DNA of 62,603 nucleotides, filler included, from Choristocarpus tenellus KU-1152 (GCA_964200185.2; 10 parts of 10 records of this genome joined end to end with filler, not necessarily neighbours in it); one strand, 5' to 3'. Numbered from the whole stretch's first letter, positions 1-12,556 are shown. Made by a program: numbers and translations. The notes: a model not told the origin generated them from the letters alone.

Positions 1-1773
1 AATAAGTTCAAACAAAAAAAAGCTACACCCTCATATTTTCTCCCCCCCCCCCCCCCCCCCCAAATAGTAATGCCACCGAACATTTGGCTGAAAAGCTAAG
101 ATTATAGGTCTGCTAAGAGTTTTTTAAATCTCCCAGATTGAGTACTTCATTGCCATTATTGTATCCAGCCCATGCTAATACTGCCCCCCCCCTGCCTGCT
201 CACTTAAGCACACACAAAAGCACTTCGAGTCCTTCACATATTGTAGTAGCCCTTTATACACACATCTTTGTTGAGAGACCTCTCCCCTTCCTCTGAGAGC
301 TGCTGGCTGTCTACCATGGGATGGCTGGGGGACCGCGCCACGGATAAATTATCTGATAAGCATGTGCGAATCCTCTGTGTTCTCAACTGAGGTAGGCAAG
401 TATAGGTTCAGGGCCCCCACGACATATGGAAGGGAGTGAGGGTAACTAGATGTGTCTCTGTGTGTCTGAAGTTCAGGAAGAAGAGTGACTCCTTTGGCTA
501 CACTTATCCGCAGAGGTCGCAGAGAGTGGAAGCGTTGGTGGTTTTAAATGTACCATGCTCTTCATGAGGGCAAGGATTTTGTTGACCAATGCATCAATAT
601 ATCATGTTTTGGTCTGTTGAACCACTTGACTAAAATTTTGCGCGCTCACACTGTACATAAGGTGAAGCCACGAATGCTCATAATTAAGACGTCAAAATCT
701 TTCTTTCAGGAGTACTTGTGCGTCATATCTAGAAGTTCAAAACTTATCTTCAGGAGTAGTTAGACGATCCTATCCTACGTTTGAGGTCAAGTGCGGTCCA
801 GCATGCAGATGCAAATCTGATTTTCAAGGGATGCCCATTGGCAGTGACGCCTAACCTCATATCATCGATCATTGCCCTAACCCCAGCACCAACCAAGACT
901 ACAGGCCTAGCCCATCTCTGAGCTCTGTCCCACCCCCACCTGACTTTGAAAGATGGCGGAGTGTTGATTATACAAAACGTGAATGCAAAATACCCTTGCA
1001 CAGACTATGAACAAGGCAATAGCAGGAAGTATATATGCAATATTTGTGTCACCAGGCTGAGGAGGAAGAAATCGAACACCAGCTTCAGCCTGGCATCATC
1101 TGTCTCGAGCTCGGATGCCATCTTGGGGTAGGAGGTGTTGTCAAGGTTGGATGGCAGTTGTCCTTCGTCCAACTTGTGGAACCTAGAGGGAAAGAGGTGG
1201 GTATGAGGTGCTTTATCCAGGCATTTCGTCCACATGGTTTGCTGTGCACTTTTCTATTGACGATTCTCTCGAGCCCTTGGCCTATACATGGTGGTTGACA
1301 GTAGGCAATAGAACAGATACCGCTTCATATGCTTGCCTTCAGTTAATTGTGGCTTCAAAATGTTGATCAGTTTCACTCACAGGACCAGGGCAATATTAAA
1401 GATGCATAGAATGCATCTCCCCCCTTTTTTTGTCGAAAAAAAAGTTCGTGCTAGAGTCAATGATGCCTCTGCATGCGCTTTGTATGTGTATTCTAGCACC
1501 CCCTGTACTCTGCAAACTTGAAATTGGCATCAATTGGCGGTAATTAAGATGCACAATTGCTAGATTTTGGTCCAGACTAAAGTTTTGCCTTTCTCATGAT
1601 ATAGGGATAATCGTTTGTCATTACTCATAACTCATTTTGCCCACAATGCCATAGCCATAGTATCCTAGAGTCGGGTCGATTTAGACCCTTTTGAGCATAT
1701 ATGGGGCATATAAAAGCTGTTGCCCAACAACTCCATCCCCATGCCCGAAATGAAGCTAACCCCCACCAGAAGG

Positions 1774-2005
1774 CTGTGTCCATTTGGGGCAAAATCCAAT
1801 GTTGCAATTTTGATGTATTTTGGCTATCGTGTTTGTTAGGAAGTGTCCATATCCTTGTTCTGGACATAAATTTTCATAACGTATACATTTTACCTACTCC
1901 GAAACACTTTGAAGTAGGAAAGTGTCATAAAAACCTCCCATGGGACGCCGAGCCCCAAATGGACAAAACAGAGCAAAACTTGTACCCTCTAAGATACGTT
2001 CACTC
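1774..2005 (+). mobile_element. MITE family A copy, left terminus missing
   Basis: Aligns by eye with the copies at 19504, 40426 and 53163 (gtccatttgggg...tgtttgttaggaagtgtc...tacattttacctactccgaaa...ccccaaatggac). It ends in TACCCTCTAAGATACGTTCACTC. Confidence 0.85.
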
Positions 2006-2477
2006 TTGGTAAGAGAAGAAGAAAAAGAGGAATATGAAACCTTAGTCAGAGGCAGACATCATTTTATGAGCTGCAATATCTGCACAAGCACCATTGAGAT
2101 GACCTACACACCTCATCGAACCATTAATATATCCCTAACTCTCAACATCCCCTAACCGTTCAATACGTGGGTCAAAGTTGCCAAGAGGGGAGTGTGCCGC
2201 TGATTTTTACAGGCCCCTCCAACTTCATGGTTTCCAAAGCGTTTGGGACATACAATCCACTGCTGTAGAGCTCTCTTGTTTGGTCTTTTTTTGTGAGTAT
2301 GTTCAGTAGGCAGATAAAAAATGTCTGTTAGCGATGTCCCTTTTTTGTCAAATGTCTTCATCTTCTTGAAACTCAAAACAATCAAAAGATGCACCCCTCT
2401 CTTGGTTACTACTACTTCTTAGTAATGGCACTGTCAATACTAAGAAATACCACTATCCTAACAGACTTTACTCTCAC

Positions 2478-2698
2478 ATGCGGGCCTTGTGCAAGATCTC
2501 CTGCTCCTCACCATCCACAACATCTTCCCCCTTTCCCAACCCTTCCTTGGTTCTGGTTGAAATAACATCCCTAGCCGAATCCCAAATTTCAACGATAGTC
2601 TTATGAAGAGCGGTGGCAGCAGTTACATGAGAGTCGATTCCAGCTTTGTTGCTGTTTCCCATAAGGACTGGTTCCATCTTCTCTGTCGAGCTTTGTGC
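2478..2698 (-). CDS. Possible isolated internal exon of an unknown gene (AQSSTEKMEPVLMG...EEQEILHKAR)
   Basis: Open frame bounded by a cacag acceptor and a gtgaga donor, with protein-like composition. No recognisable domain. Confidence 0.35.
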
Positions 2699-3233
2699 CT
2701 GTGGTGTTAATGAGAGTGATGCGAGGGAGTGACTAACTGAATGTGAAAAGGAAAGCATGCCATCGCATGTAGAAGCAAACCCCACAGGTCCAAATAAAAC
2801 CCTCAATTTTCTCACTCTACTGGCCGGTTCCGTGGGCATACTCTCTGCTAGAGAGTATTTGACACGCATGAACACATATCACACATGCACATACTTCGTT
2901 TGAAGTACCAAGTACTTGAAGTATAACTGTCTACTTTTTTTTTTATAACCATTTTGTTTCTGCCTGGGTGATGTCCTGACATTGCTTGCTTGCCAAGGAC
3001 TAGCAATGAAACTGATGTCAACTACTTCCGTTTCCCAAAAGCAGTCAAAGTTAATTTTCCTATTTTTGTGCTTGCAAGTTGTATCACCAGTTGTGCCTTG
3101 CCTCCAGTATCCACATCGAAATCAACTGTGCAAGAACCTGCTCAATGCACTAGGTCTGTCTGTCAGACCTACCCAATCTAAGCTCAAATGACGTGTCCTT
3201 CCCATCATACAGCAATACAGCAATACAGCACAA

Positions 3234-3261
3234 GGCTCAAAATATCTGGGGGGGGGGGGTG
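3234..3261. mobile_element. MITE family B terminus at contig end. Similar contig-end termini at 3362-3383, 8131-8174, 14522-14547, 22139-22201, 24631-24678, 47074-47094
   Basis: GGCTCAAAATATCTGGGGGG and variants, or their reverse complement (CAGATACTTTGACCC), directly abut the linkers. Confidence 0.8.
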
Positions 3262-3361
3262 NNNNNNNNNNNNNNNNNNNNNNNNNNNNNNNNNNNNNNN
3301 NNNNNTTAATTAATTAANNNNNNNNNNNNNNNNNNNNNNNNNNNNNNNNNNNNNNNNNNNN
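3262..3361. other. Artificial contig linker N44-TTAATTAATTAA-N44. Identical linkers at 8175-8274, 14548-14647, 22039-22138, 24679-24778, 38770-38869, 46974-47073, 52808-52907, 56322-56421
   Basis: The same 100-bp layout occurs nine times, and TTAATTAATTAA gives stops in all six frames. This is a concatenation spacer, not biology. Confidence 0.98.
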
Positions 3362-4103
3362 CCCCGCCCAGATACTTTGACCCTTTAGGGTGGTTTACAT
3401 GTTCACTGCGCTTTGGTACACTGACCCGGATGCCGTCATCAAATCACTCAAGAACTGTGGGGGGTTCACACACACCTACAGGTTGCAGGTGAGATAAACA
3501 TTCCAAACACACGTCCCCACACATCGATCCCTAAGACCATGGGGTTCTGCTGCGCGACATGCATCCCCTGCAAACCCTTCCCAGATCGATACATTCCTAA
3601 GCCTAAATCCTTCATATCCTCAAAGCACATTCTTTCCCAGGTTCCTAACGGAACACGATGGCCCACCTGTACATGTAGCTCACATTCGAGGTCAAGGAGC
3701 AGTACTTCGCAAGAATGTGCACTGATGTCCTCGCTGGAGTAAGCCTATCCACGCTGGCACGACATAGTCGAAGTGACTGCGCATGTGTTCTCAGAGCAGG
3801 CGGCGAAAACATTACATACCGACGTGCTCGCATTGACGTATGTTGTCGAGACAGAGTATGTTGTCGAGACAGAGACATTTCCAGAGGAATTGAGTAAGTC
3901 AAGCTTTGACTATGACGATTCACCCAACGTATGCATGTATATGCATATTACCCCCCTCCTGAGCCTGCAACAGCAGCAATATTTACCGTCAAGTTCGTGC
4001 CTCGCGAGGCAGACACCCATGTCATACATGTGCTTTACCATTCCACTATCCATGCACTACTCCATGACAATTCTCGATCACTCTAAGGAGCGTCCGGAAC
4101 AAA

Positions 4104-4370
4104 GAGTGAAAGTATCTTAGAGGGTATGATTTTTCCCCTGTTAGTCCATTTGGGGCTTGACTTCCCATGGTCTCTTTTTATGACATTTTCCTACTTGAAA
4201 ATGTTTCGAAGTAGGTAAAATGTATACATTATGAAAAGGTGTGTCCGGAACAAGGATATTGACACTTCCTAGCAAACATGATAGCCAGAGTTACACATCA
4301 AAATCGCAACATCAACTTGGATGCTGAACCCCAAATGGACGCGGCTCTACCCTCTAAGATACTGTGGCTC
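4104..4370 (-). mobile_element. MITE family A, full length (267 bp)
   Basis: TIRs GAGTGAAAGTATCTTAGAGGGTA ... TACCCTCTAAGATACTGTGGCTC, flanked by AAA/AAA. Internal sequence is shared with the other copies. Confidence 0.92.
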
Positions 4371-5033
4371 AAACAAACCCCGGCCGACCCCAACCAAGGA
4401 AAGAAGAAGGCGACGCAAGGTAAGGGAAAGAAGAACAGATCAGGGAACGGTGATCCAGACCATGCATCTGCCACCCAGGCCGAGGAAGAATGGGCATCGC
4501 AACCATGGAAGGTCAAAAGGGAATTCTTGCGGAGGATGTACACCAAGAATGTCTACATGAAAAAGGCTGTCCTGGAGGTCGCCGTGCAGTTCATGAACGA
4601 CCTCAAGAGAAAAGACGAGCTCGGGATCAACCCTGACTCCAGTGAGTCCTCATCCTGGTCTTCAGAAGGGGCTGCTCCAAAGAAACAATACATCCTGAGC
4701 GAAGAGGTACTCAAGGGAGTGTCACGTTCATCCACTCAACTGTCCACCGTATTTGAGTTCGTAACAACTCACCTCACAATTTTCGCCCTGGTTGCGCACA
4801 TTAATTTAACCCCATAAATCCACAGGTGAAAAGGGACCTCGTGTTGTGGGAGGATGTGGACGAGGGTACAGTCTACCTTGACATCGTCAAATGCTCAGAA
4901 GGCGTTACCTTGAACACCAGTGGCGAACACGCAGGCAAGCAATTACATAATTGTACAACACTGCCATACGTGAACATCAAACAACGTTCCCTACACCAAA
5001 CACATCTCTTCGACTCTCAGAGATCTTACCGAA

Positions 5034-5345
5034 GTTGGACAGTTTCACAATGTACACGGACGCAGGGTTCCGAGTTTTATATGTTGCAAAGATGCTCATC
5101 AAACAGATTTATTCATACTTTCGGTGTGCTCTGTCGATCGGTACAACCCAGCGCAGGGTGGGAAACTATGTTGCGGTTCATGTCCTGTAGTTGGACAGTT
5201 TCACAATGTACACGGACGCAGGGTTCCGAGTTTTATACATTGCGAAGATGCTCGTCGAACAGATTTATTCATACTTTCGGTATGCTCTGTCGATCGGTAC
5301 AACCCAGGGCAAGGTGGGAAACTATGTCACAGTTTATGTCGTGTA
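5034..5345 (+). repeat. Tandem duplication, 2 x 156 bp
   Basis: gttggacagtttcacaatgtacacggacgcagggttccgag starts at both 5034 and 5190. Confidence 0.95.
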
Positions 5346-6870
5346 GTCCTCTACATACATCTTCTTAACCCAGTGCTACAAGCCTTACTTGTCTTCCTGA
5401 TCTATGGGCTAAGAGAATCCGCCCAAGTATGACGAACCGCACGTACTCTTTTCCTTCCATCTTTTTCTCAGCCTTTGCCTCCTCCTCTACATCCTCCTTC
5501 ACTTAATCCTTCTCATCACCCTCTGCCTCATCCTTGGCCCCCTAACCCTAACCCCTCTTCCCGTTGTTTTGCCTCCTACTTCGCCATGTCCTTTGCCTAC
5601 TTCTCCACCACTAACAGAGATAACACGAGTCACAAACATTGTGATCACACCAAAGAAAGCGTCACGTCTGAGCACGACCATGACAAGTTCAAGTCCGAAA
5701 CTAGCACCGCCCACGAGAGAGCAGTCACCCTTCTCCAGACCCGACCAGGAGGCATCGAATCACATGCACCACCATCAGGGACAGCCATGATCCGGATCGT
5801 ATCCAGCTCCTCATCGACGAACTCTCCACCTTCTGCAATTTTGTGCTGGCGAAGACACCGGTAGCTGGTGGCGTATCCAGGCCTATACCTTGTGGAGGAC
5901 CCGACCCACTAGATGATAAAGAGGAACAGGAGACGCCATCACCTAACCCTACCGTAGGTGCAGGAAGCGGTTCACTACATGGGGGAAGGCATCCGACCAC
6001 ATCCTCAGAGGACGACCCTGAAGGCGATGGGGACCAGTCTGAATTGTAATGCTTTGTCATGTCCAGAGGAAGATGTCCAGGAGGACGTGGGGGGGCGGCG
6101 AGGCACGGACTCAGAGTCCATGCCCGTCAGGAGTGACCCCGTAGTGTCCCCAAATGCCCATGCCGAGTCAACAACACCAAGGGTTGATTTGACACTATCA
6201 GGTTCCTCACATTGGAACAAGCCTTCAGCAAATGGTAAGGGGAAGGCCAAAATGACGACAGTCATTACGAAGAAGAGGTTGGGAGAAGGTGCTGGACGGA
6301 TGAGACCCTTCAAACATCCTCGTGGAAATGACAGTAGAGATGTAGAAGCTAGATTTTTTGTGGACGTCTTCGCTTCTGCCCGAAAGGGTGGAGACGCGGA
6401 AAATGCACAGAGATCTACTACAGGGCATGGTGATAACAATGAAACATCCACGCATGGTAATGACGACATCGTGACAGAGGACGCGGTCGACTCCGGCGAT
6501 GCATCCGTCATGGGGATCATCGAAGCCTTCACTGAGGCATGCGTTACCAAGCTCCTATGATCAGCAACAAAACCCGCTTCGTCGCAGTATTGGGTACAAA
6601 CCCAAATCCTTACACAGGTTATGCATGACCATGGGTTCAGGTTCCAAAGGCAGCGGCCAAAAATCTTGTATTCGGGGATGACTGCTACATCCATGAGCCC
6701 ACACAGCTAAAACTCCACGGTCGTGGAGGGAAGCCCGGCGGCACATTGCCTCTGGAGCATGTGGAAACACTCCATGAAAGGAAAGCTATCTTTATGAGGC
6801 TTGTGAAGCCTGAACCGTGGAACGACAGGTACTCCACGCACCTAAATCTCTGGCACCTTCTAACCGAGGC

Positions 6871-7128
6871 GAGTGAAAGTATCTTAGAGGGTACACGTTT
6901 TATCCGGTTTGTCCATTTGGTGCTTGTCTTCCCATGTTTTTTTTATGACATTTTCCTACTCCAAATTGTTTCGGAGTAGGTAAAATGCTCATTTTATGAA
7001 AATGTTTGTCCGGAACAAGGATATTGACACTTCCTAGCAAACACGATAGCCAAAATTACCTCCAAATCGCAACATTGGATTTTGGTCCCCAAATGGACGC
7101 GGCCCTACCCTCTAAGATACTTTGACTC
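6871..7128 (-). mobile_element. MITE family A, full length (258 bp), 4-bp TSD AGGC
   Basis: aggc|GAGTGAAAGTATCTTAGAGGGTA ... TACCCTCTAAGATACTTTGACTC|aggc. Confidence 0.95.
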
Positions 7129-8274
7129 AGGCATACCCGAAGCTTGTAGAGTAGTGGGAGAAGGGTGAGGAATGCCATTTTGAATGCGCCCACCAATTGA
7201 AATAGGGCTTCAGTCGTTTCATTTTTTTTGTTGAAGTACGGATCGAGTATCTTGTGTCTAATTCATGCATCAGTGTACCTTGCCTTGGTGTCTGACTACC
7301 AAGTTCATGCAGTTTCCATTCAATGGGTTATGTATTTACACAGTGGTATCGGATACATTGCTACCAGTCAGGGGTTTCAGTGTAGTATCATACATGATAT
7401 CCGTCTTGAGGATTAGACCTGCGTTCTTATTTGTTTAACATAGAGTGTCCAATACAAGGTTCAGACGACTAAAATATAAAACAATTTTTAATCAACCCTT
7501 CTCAATCTTTCCCACTAAGTTTCCTATCAATTCACCAAGGCCTGCGATGGATACGTTGTCTTCTTACCAGCCCCTAATTATTCTGTGAACCCTACCACCC
7601 TCCCTCCTGCTTCTCAATATATACTCTATGTACCATCTCATGCTTTGTCCAAGTGTCGACAAACAAGGGCCGATCTCGTCCTCAATAAATTCTTGGACGA
7701 TCATATACCGAAGTCCACGCTTGATGCTCCTAACCACAACACCAACCCTGAGCCTATCCCAAACACGTGCCATGAACTCGACGAATGTCCTGGATCACCA
7801 CCCCCACACACCGACACTAACCATATCCTTACCCTAACACTTACGCTGAGCCCATTTGCATCCCGTGCCAACCTAAAATAGACAAGAGTCTTACCTGAAT
7901 TACGTATCAGTGCCGTCATTGACCCTACTTACACCAAACCAACCCTACCTCATCAGGATTTATTCAACCCACTAACCCTAAACCCGAATCAAGGGTTGTA
8001 CATCAAAAAAACAATTCACTTACCCGAAAGTAAAACCTGACCCTTTCCCTTCCTTCATGCCAACAACATTAACCCTAATACCCTGAGCGAATAAACGAAA
8101 TACTAAATAAAAAACAGTACATGGATTATTGACCCAAAGTATCTGGGAGAGGGGGGGGTCTAGACCAGGGTGTCNNNNNNNNNNNNNNNNNNNNNNNNNN
8201 NNNNNNNNNNNNNNNNNNTTAATTAATTAANNNNNNNNNNNNNNNNNNNNNNNNNNNNNNNNNNNNNNNNNNNN

Positions 8275-8472
8275 ACGGTACTGTTACGGTATGTACACTC
8301 TGACACGGTACTGTTATGGTATGTACACTCTGACACGGTACTGTTATGGTATGACACTCTGACACGGTACTGTTATGGTATGTACACTCTGACACGGTAC
8401 TGTTACGGTATGTACACTCTGACACGGTACTGTTATGGTATGTACACTATGACACGGTACTGTTACGGTATG
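8275..8472. repeat. 30-bp minisatellite (ACGGTACTGTTAYGGTATGTACACTCTGAC), about 6.5 copies, cut off by the contig start
   Basis: Near-identical tandem units read directly from the sequence. Confidence 0.95.
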
Positions 8473-8983
8473 GTTGTGTTCTCTTGAACTGGATAGTATT
8501 ATGTGGTCATTTGTACTAGAGTACTGTAAGGACAGTAGGGTATGGTAGGGTGGGCAGCACTCACGGTCACCACAGTACTGTTACGGGATTAGGGTTAGGG
8601 TTAGGGTTATTTTCGGTATTTTTAATACCTGTAGATTTTGCCAAATGGTTAGTTGTAGATTTCCAACGGTAGGGTCGTGGTATGATAATGTGCCAATGAC
8701 AGATATTTTCCTCAAACGTAACTGAAACTGTAACCAAAAAAACAACCGGTTGTTCCTGGAGTTGTAACAACCATGTAGGGTCCTGGAAATGTTGCTCTGG
8801 GTATTTTGATTTGATTGTAAGTAATTCTTCTCGTGAGGACTGGTCTAGGTATGTCTGAGTGTGTCCGACTCTGTTTGTGATGTACTTGATGTTTCATTAT
8901 TTTTTCTTTTTAAGGTGTAGTAAGGTTAGTGAGTGTTTTTCTTATTTACTTGAGATAGACAGGCAGAGACAAGCAATGCCCAG

Positions 8984-9263
8984 TACAACTACAATCACTA
9001 TCAATACTAAGTTGAACTACAATCTCTACTAGTACTAAGGACAACTACGATCACTATCAATACTAAGTTGAACTACAATCTCTACTAGTACTAAGGACAA
9101 CTACAATCACTATCAATACTAAGTTGAACTACAATCTCTACTAGTACTAAGTACAACTACAATCACTATCAATACTAAGTTGAACTACAATCTCTACTAG
9201 TACTAAGTACAACTACGATCACTATCAACACTAAGTTGATCTACAATCACTGTTGATACTAAG
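8984..9263. repeat. 56-bp higher-order minisatellite (two related 28-bp subunits), about 5 copies, ending at the COPZ acceptor
   Basis: ACAACTACAATCACTATCAATACTAAGT plus TGAACTACAATCTCTACTAGTACTAAGG, repeated in tandem. Confidence 0.93.
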
Positions 9264-9268
9264 TGCAG

Positions 9269-12200
9269 GTGAATGCAAGGAATGATGCGGATGTGGTCCT
9301 CATTGACAATGTCGTCGCTGTGTTCCGCAGTGGGGCAGATGTGCACATGTATGTGGTGAGGCAAACTATTACATCGCATAGATATTGCAGGAGAGAGGGA
9401 AGGGGGGCGGGTTCTTATGTTAAAGTTTATTATTGCTTTTTTGAAGTTGGAGCTGTCTGTTATGCATGGAATGGAGGGTCACACATGCAAATGCCTCCTT
9501 CAGTTTTGAACTCCCTCTGTGTTGGGGTAGAAACAAGAATTTTTGCTTTGCCCCCATGCCTTTGAAAGGAATTTTGCTTAGGAAGAATCTTCTTCTGTTC
9601 TTTTTACCTAGGGCCAGTTCCAATATTGAGGACCATTGGCAATTGTATACCACAGAGAAGAGTCTTAGTGAGAGCATGCTCTCTTGTACAGTTTCCCCGT
9701 CTTCAGTCTCCTATCCCATGCAGGTTCAGTGACAGTAGGTGCTGTATTGCCATTGGAGAGAATTGTGTGTTGGTCTGTATTTTTGCCATGCTTTGGATGT
9801 CAATCAACATGATGATTGCCGATTACATTGTCTGCAATTTTGTGTGTGTGGGAAGATAGGTTCCACGTGGACTCCTGGGCCCTATGGGAGCTAGTCGCAC
9901 TGACCTCTTGGGTAGGGAGTGCATGCTGTACACTTCGTGGTAGCAGCGTGTCTGTGTTGCCAGTGTGTTGAGTTGTATACCTTGTAGATCCATCATACAA
10001 CGGGTCTATTCAAAGTTGTCCTGTCATGTCCTGTCATACTGTATCACCCAATCGCGCTTTTTTTGGTAACAGTGGGGTCAGTTGGCTCTCTTACCACCAA
10101 ACCCTTGACAAGAAAAATCATGGAACCTAGGGTTAGGGATGCAAATGTATGTTGTATGTATGTATGTATTCACCAAAAAGCTCTCGTGGTGTCTGATCCT
10201 AGTACACTCTTCAAAGATCATTTTGAAATGTGTCTATTTTTTGTACATGCAACACATCACGCCTCCCACCATAATGATAATAATGAGAAGAAGCCTGACA
10301 GATTTTTTCTTGGTATATATTTTTCTTAAGTGCCCTTTTGTTAGCATGTCAAGTTCCGAAACATTTTTATATTTTAAATAACCGTCGGGTACCTGCATGC
10401 ATCTCTTGTCATTTTTTTTTTCATCCTCAACTCACCCCCAGCAGGCCCCACACACAACAGCGATGATGAAATACTAGTAAAATATTTATTAGAAGATGGA
10501 TGTGGACACAATACACTGCCCTGTAGTAACTCTACCACTGGTGGTGACATGTAGGAATCTGCGGTATATTTTACTTTGCATAGAAATGCTTGTATTCTTG
10601 TACTGTTGTGTGATTTTTGTGCCACCGGTGGTGAAATGTGTTTTTCTGCAGGTTGGGTCTGCTGAGGAGAACGAGTTAATTCTGTCTGCAGTACTGGATG
10701 CGTTGTACGAGTCTCTCTCTGTGCTCCTTAGGGGACAGGTATTTTTAATGAAGTTGATGCTAATTTATGCATGATAACCTGCTGGAGATGCTTGCCCTCC
10801 ATTGTACATTATATTATATATATTGTATGTTGTACATGCAACTTGGTATTGACAAGTGATCAGTGCTTGAGAACTTGAGAACAATGGATTAAGTATTTCA
10901 GGGAGAAGATGAAGAGGAAATAATTGAGTGGTGACCTCTCAATGAGTAATTGTCCAATTGACTCTCCTTCCACTTCCGTAACATCAATTGTCCCAGGTGC
11001 CTCATGGAGAGCACACAGTCCAAAAAGGGGGCTGGTGACCAGCATTCTGTTTGACAAATAGTCTCTGAGTGTCCTTCTTGATGTCGCATTTGGTCAACTC
11101 TCAAGCATACCTTGCTATTGCTATTGTGTGTGTTTGTTTTGTTTTGTTTTTGTTTTGTTTTTTTGGGGGGGGGGATCTAACAACCTGCAGGTGGATAGGC
11201 GTACTATGCTAGACAATCTGGCGCAGGTGCTGCTGGCGGTGGATGAGGTAGTGGATGCAGGAAAGATATTGGAGATTGATCCTAGTGCTATTGCCAACCG
11301 CGTGCTAATGAGGGGAGCAGATGCGCGTTCGCTTCCACCAACTGAGTTAACTGTCACACAGGTTAGATTATTATTATTATTATTATTATTATTATCTAGA
11401 TCCAGGGCTCTCGGTGTTTGCTGTGGGTCGTTCAGTGTTGATGGTTTTTTGGCCAATCAGAATGGAATATTTAAGCTCTCAGTAGTTATCCTGCCCCTCC
11501 CCCCTTCCATCGCATACTTGGAAGAATTTTTTTTCTGTTTATAAAAAAAATGTAATAGGCGTTAATGTCACGCTTAAGAGTTAGGGCATGGTCACAAGAA
11601 TGCTGAAGTACCCACACTGTAGTGCTTCACATGTGTGTGCCTTTGTTCCTAGTGTACTGCGCCCACCTTACAACAATTGGAAAAATTGCAAAGAATTGTT
11701 AGTAGGGGGTGGTCGTTAAATGTTGTATGGTGGAATCATGTGTGAATTTTGTCTGTTCTTATTACTATGGGTTTGAGCCAAAGAGGTACTCGTGTCACTT
11801 GTGCATTTTTCCGCTAGAACAGGTGGGCCTCACAGGCCTAACTTAGTACCAACTGTATGTAGTATGTAGTGGTTCCTGTGAAAAAGATGATAGTATGAAG
11901 AATCCGAGACACTGACTGCGATCAAGTAGGTCCATCACAGCCTACTTGCACTCTTTGTCTAGTCTTCTTGTTGGAGCCTTGATTCTGCCCCTTTTTGTAG
12001 CAAATGCTCCACTAGCCCTCATACTATTGATGGTTACTGTGTTCTAGGTGCAGTTTTGTACTCTAGATGAGGTTTTGAAGATGTATCTATTCTAAAGATG
12101 GAGTTGAATTGGAGTCAATCGAGTTATGTAATGTGTTACTGACCTGCCATGCATGTGTGCAACCTAAAGCAGCAGGGCAAGAAGAGATATTTTCCCATCC

Positions 12201-12556
12201 CCACTTCCTACACCATCTAGTGCACTGCCTTCTTGATGTGTGAGGAGTCAACACCACAGCTCTGTGTTCGTACTTTGCGTTACAATTGACACCAAATTTT
12301 ATGTTATTTATGGCATTCATGGGGTACAGAAGGTTTTGTAGTGAATTGGTCTTTTTTGGCTGGGTGCGATATGGAGGCTATTGGTTGTAAATATTTGTGT
12401 ATCGTGCCCACTACCATAAACAGTAACATCACCTTTTTTTAATATTTTCCCCCTCCCCTGTTACGTATGGCCTCTTATGAAACTGCCACTGCCTTTGATA
12501 CCTCACAGGCAATAGCCACAGCAAGGGAAGAGTTCATCAAGCGAATGGGGACCTGA
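9269..12556 (+). CDS. COPZ1: Coatomer subunit zeta (COPI zeta-COP), 5'-partial. Exons 9269-9355, 10652-10738, 11191-11361, 12509-12556
   Basis: All introns are GT-AG, phase 0. The spliced protein VNARNDADVVLIDNVVAVFRSGADVHMYV|VGSAEENELILSAVLDALYESLSVLLRGQ|VDRRTMLDNLAQVLLAVDEVVDAGKILEIDPSAIANRV...|AIATAREEFIKRMGT* matches the zeta-COP motifs (ENELIL, DEIVDGGIILE). The N-terminal exon(s) are not in the contig. Confidence 0.93.

Larger units (their letters stand above)
4089..7165 (+). pseudogene. Decayed spliced orphan gene, possibly transposon-borne, interrupted by two family A MITEs
   Basis: Phase-consistent exons (4089)4371-4706, 4826-4934 (GC donor), 5021-5157 and a duplicated exon 5191-5313. 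A low-complexity acidic coding-like region follows (about 5740-6870) with frameshifts and stops. No domain recognised. Confidence 0.5.

Noticed and set aside
548-1300. Short ORFs in contig 1, and similar ORFs at 12700-14500, 39004-39510 and 56570-58080
   Set aside because: No recognisable motifs or convincing phase-consistent exon chains. They are possibly very old TE or gene relics, but no call can be supported.
6871-7132. Family A MITE as an Introner (spliced out cleanly)
   Set aside because: Splicing from the GT at 6873 to the AG in the TSD leaves 4 extra nt, a frameshift. The other copies have no terminal AG.
8275-9263. The 30-bp, 56-bp and 20-bp (48787-49117) arrays as CRISPR arrays
   Set aside because: The units are head-to-tail with no unique spacers, there are no cas genes, and the context is eukaryotic and intronic.
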